The position numbers and the translations under genes were made by a program. This document shows, piece after piece, positions 51,846 to 53,363 of a DNA stretch of 53,363 nucleotides. The notes under the pieces were generated by a model. It did not search any database and had not been told where the DNA came from. It saw nothing but the letters and a program-made list of their open reading frames with translations. This DNA comes from an uncultured Gammaproteobacteria bacterium. Lineage in GTDB: Bacteria > Pseudomonadota > Gammaproteobacteria > Poriferisulfidales > GCA-002705445. The stretch is taken from NCBI GenBank assembly GCA_913042035.1, contig CAJWIN010000002.1:1-53363 (forward strand), read 5' to 3'. How positions within the stretch are numbered: position 1 is the first letter of the stretch; every line of letters starts with the position of its first letter.

Positions 51846-52574
51846 TTAAAATCCTGTACTGATGGACATTATGAACCTTGAGAAATCTCCATCCTCAGCG
51901 GAGTCAGATCCACTTGCTAATTCTTTTTCAGATAACACAAATGCGCCAGAAAGATCAAAATCTCCAACAGTTCTTGAATAACCAAATTCCATCCAATCTG
52001 CATCTACTTCACTTTTGCTAGCATCATCCTCTTGAACACCCCAAGTGCCAAATAATGCATACATTCCCATGTAATCAACCGAAATAGTAAGTACATCGTA
52101 ATCTGTCTCAGATTGGTCTGTAGCTGTATTTTCACCAATCGCATAATCTATAGCAAGGGATGCGTTGTCAGATATTGCAAAGCCTAAGCCTACGTTAACT
52201 TCATCGTAATCATCATCAAATGCTGATGCTCCTTTGTCTGTATAACGGTAAATTGTATAACCTATAGAAGCTGATAATGAATCTGTAACATCAAAACCAA
52301 AACCGGCATATACGTCATACTCAAAACCTCTGTGTGACCCATCTACCCAACCATCTTCTTGTAAATCTGCAAACCACGTTCCAAGATAAAAACTTCCGTA
52401 CTCAATATCAAATCCACCCATAGCGGAACTACTTGATTGATGAATACCTCTATACATATAGTCAGACATGAAACCTAAATTAGCACTATATGAAATCTCA
52501 CTTTCAGCATAAGAAAGTGAGGAAATAGCTAGTAATACTGTACCAGCAATTAATTTCTTCATTGTCTTAAACAT
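51846..52574 (-). CDS. Putative outer-membrane beta-barrel porin (Gcw_chp/TIGR02001-like)
   Basis: 242 aa. Signal peptide ending SYA. ANLGFMSDYMYRGIHQS...GGFDIEYGSFYLGTWFA resembles the family signature (from memory). Alternating beta-strand pattern, ending in a terminal aromatic residue (TGF). Confidence 0.7.
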   Translation of the reverse strand: MFKTMKKLIAGTVLLAISSLSYAESEISYSANLGFMSDYMYRGIHQSSSSAMGGFDIEYGSFYLGTWFADLQEDGWVDGSHRGFEYDVYAGFGFDVTDSLSASIGYTIYRYTDKGASAFDDDYDEVNVGLGFAISDNASLAIDYAIGENTATDQSETDYDVLTISVDYMGMYALFGTWGVQEDDASKSEVDADWMEFGYSRTVGDFDLSGAFVLSEKELASGSDSAEDGDFSRFIMSISTGF

Positions 52575-52617
52575 TTTAATCTCCTTTTTTTAAGTTATGT
52601 TATTACAATGTTAATGA

Positions 52618-52633
52618 TGCAATCTTTATGCCA
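52618..52633 (-). promoter_or_regulatory. Sigma54 (-24/-12) promoter candidate for the porin gene
   Basis: The minus strand reads TGGCAT-AAAGA-TTGCA. It lies about 45 nt upstream of the ATG, which has a GGAG SD. Confidence 0.6.
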
Positions 52634-52943
52634 ACTTCGATAAGTTTTAAATTTGTTAAGAATAATAAATTTAATAACCTGTTTAAAATGTAGTAAGATA
52701 TTGTTTTACAACGTAAATATTATTATTTTATATTTTGTAATGTAAGAAAAAAAGTATGTTATATATAATCTCGAGGGAGAAGCCAGGACATCCTTGCCCT
52801 AACTTCGAGCATATTATAATATTTATTTATAATTATTATCAAGTATAATTATATAATGATATAAAATATATATAAGTTCGACCTATACCAAATAAAATGT
52901 TATTACGTTATTATGATAAACAAATAATTTTTTGTAAAAAAAC

Positions 52944-53195
52944 ATGTTTAAAATTGATCCAAAAAATATAGACGATATTGCGAATAAAATTAAAGGGATA
53001 ATGCCTGAGTCTCTAAAAAGTTCTAAAGAAGAGATGCAAAAAACTTTAAGGTCTGGAGCTGAGGGAGTTTTTCAAAAATTAGATCTAGTTTCTAGAGAAG
53101 AATATGACATCCAAGTTAGCCTTTTAAAGAAATGCCAAGAAAGAATTAATGAACTTGAAGCAAAAATTGCTGAGATGAAGAAAAATAAAACCTAG
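52944..53195 (+). CDS. ubiK: Ubiquinone biosynthesis accessory factor UbiK (YqiC/BMFP family)
   Basis: 83 aa. LDLVSREEYDIQVSLLKKCQERINELEAKI matches the conserved UbiK coiled-coil core. The neighbourhood with glnK-amtB matches Pseudomonas. Confidence 0.7.
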   Translation: MFKIDPKNIDDIANKIKGIMPESLKSSKEEMQKTLRSGAEGVFQKLDLVSREEYDIQVSLLKKCQERINELEAKIAEMKKNKT

Positions 53196-53201
53196 TTAAT
53201 T

Positions 53202-53363
53202 TTATTTGATATTATTTTTAAATAAATCCGAAACTCTTGTTTTCACAGGTTGCATCATCACACTAGACTCAAATTTATCGATTTCTGCTTTCATTTCTTT
53301 TCTATTATTAGCATCAGATACTTGAATTAATCCTGCCATTGCCATCATTGCATGTGGCGTGCA
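53202..53363 (-). CDS. Unidentified CDS, C-terminal 53 codons only (5' end outside the window)
   Basis: The minus-strand frame is open from the window edge to the TAA at 53204-53202: CTPHAMMAMAGLIQVSDANNRKEMKAEIDKFESSVMMQPVKTRVSDLFKNNIK. I do not recognise the family. Confidence 0.45.
   Translation of the reverse strand, partial: CTPHAMMAMAGLIQVSDANNRKEMKAEIDKFESSVMMQPVKTRVSDLFKNNIK

Noticed and set aside
52757-52849. Small ORFs through the GC island upstream of the porin gene (MLYIISREKPGHPCPNFEH... on the + strand, and MLEVRARMSWLLPRDYI on the minus strand)
   Set aside because: There is no SD, the ORFs are very short, and I cannot judge frame conservation. I treat the island as a nucleotide-level element instead.

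Overview
Very AT-rich (about 30% G+C by eye), tightly packed window. Many neighbouring genes overlap by 1-4 nt and most intergenic gaps are under 100 bp. Gene order follows classic gammaproteobacterial housekeeping synteny: lptD-surA-pdxA-rsmA-apaG-apaH next to folA, thyA-lgt, pepP-ubiH-ubiI opposite zapA-ssrS, groES-groEL near fxsA, priA-argS-SPOR, and ubiK beside glnK-amtB. I infer a chromosomal segment from a streamlined, free-living (possibly marine) gammaproteobacterium; this is inference only. I support about 55 CDS, one ncRNA (6S/ssrS), several intrinsic terminators, two sigma54-type promoters, one NtrC-type dyad and a CIRCE operator. I saw no tRNA, rRNA, transposase, integrase, CRISPR array or recognisable multi-gene defence island, so I cannot point to a clear-cut novel system. 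The loci most worth a second look are: (1) a 0.5-kb, roughly 15% G+C, repeat-structured non-coding tract between the 6S RNA and a lysine-rich histone-H1-like gene; (2) a putative sigma54/NtrC-controlled porin-glnK-amtB module in which the porin gene is flanked by a short inverted GC-rich motif; (3) an orphan HNH nuclease among housekeeping genes; (4) a translationally coupled four-gene operon (thioredoxin-like protein, acyltransferase, ABC permease, ABC ATPase) with no binding protein; (5) two sub-threshold small ORFs (a membrane peptide and a lipoprotein); (6) an uncharacterised 130-aa gene coupled to gshA. All product calls come from motif and family recognition by eye, with no searches run.
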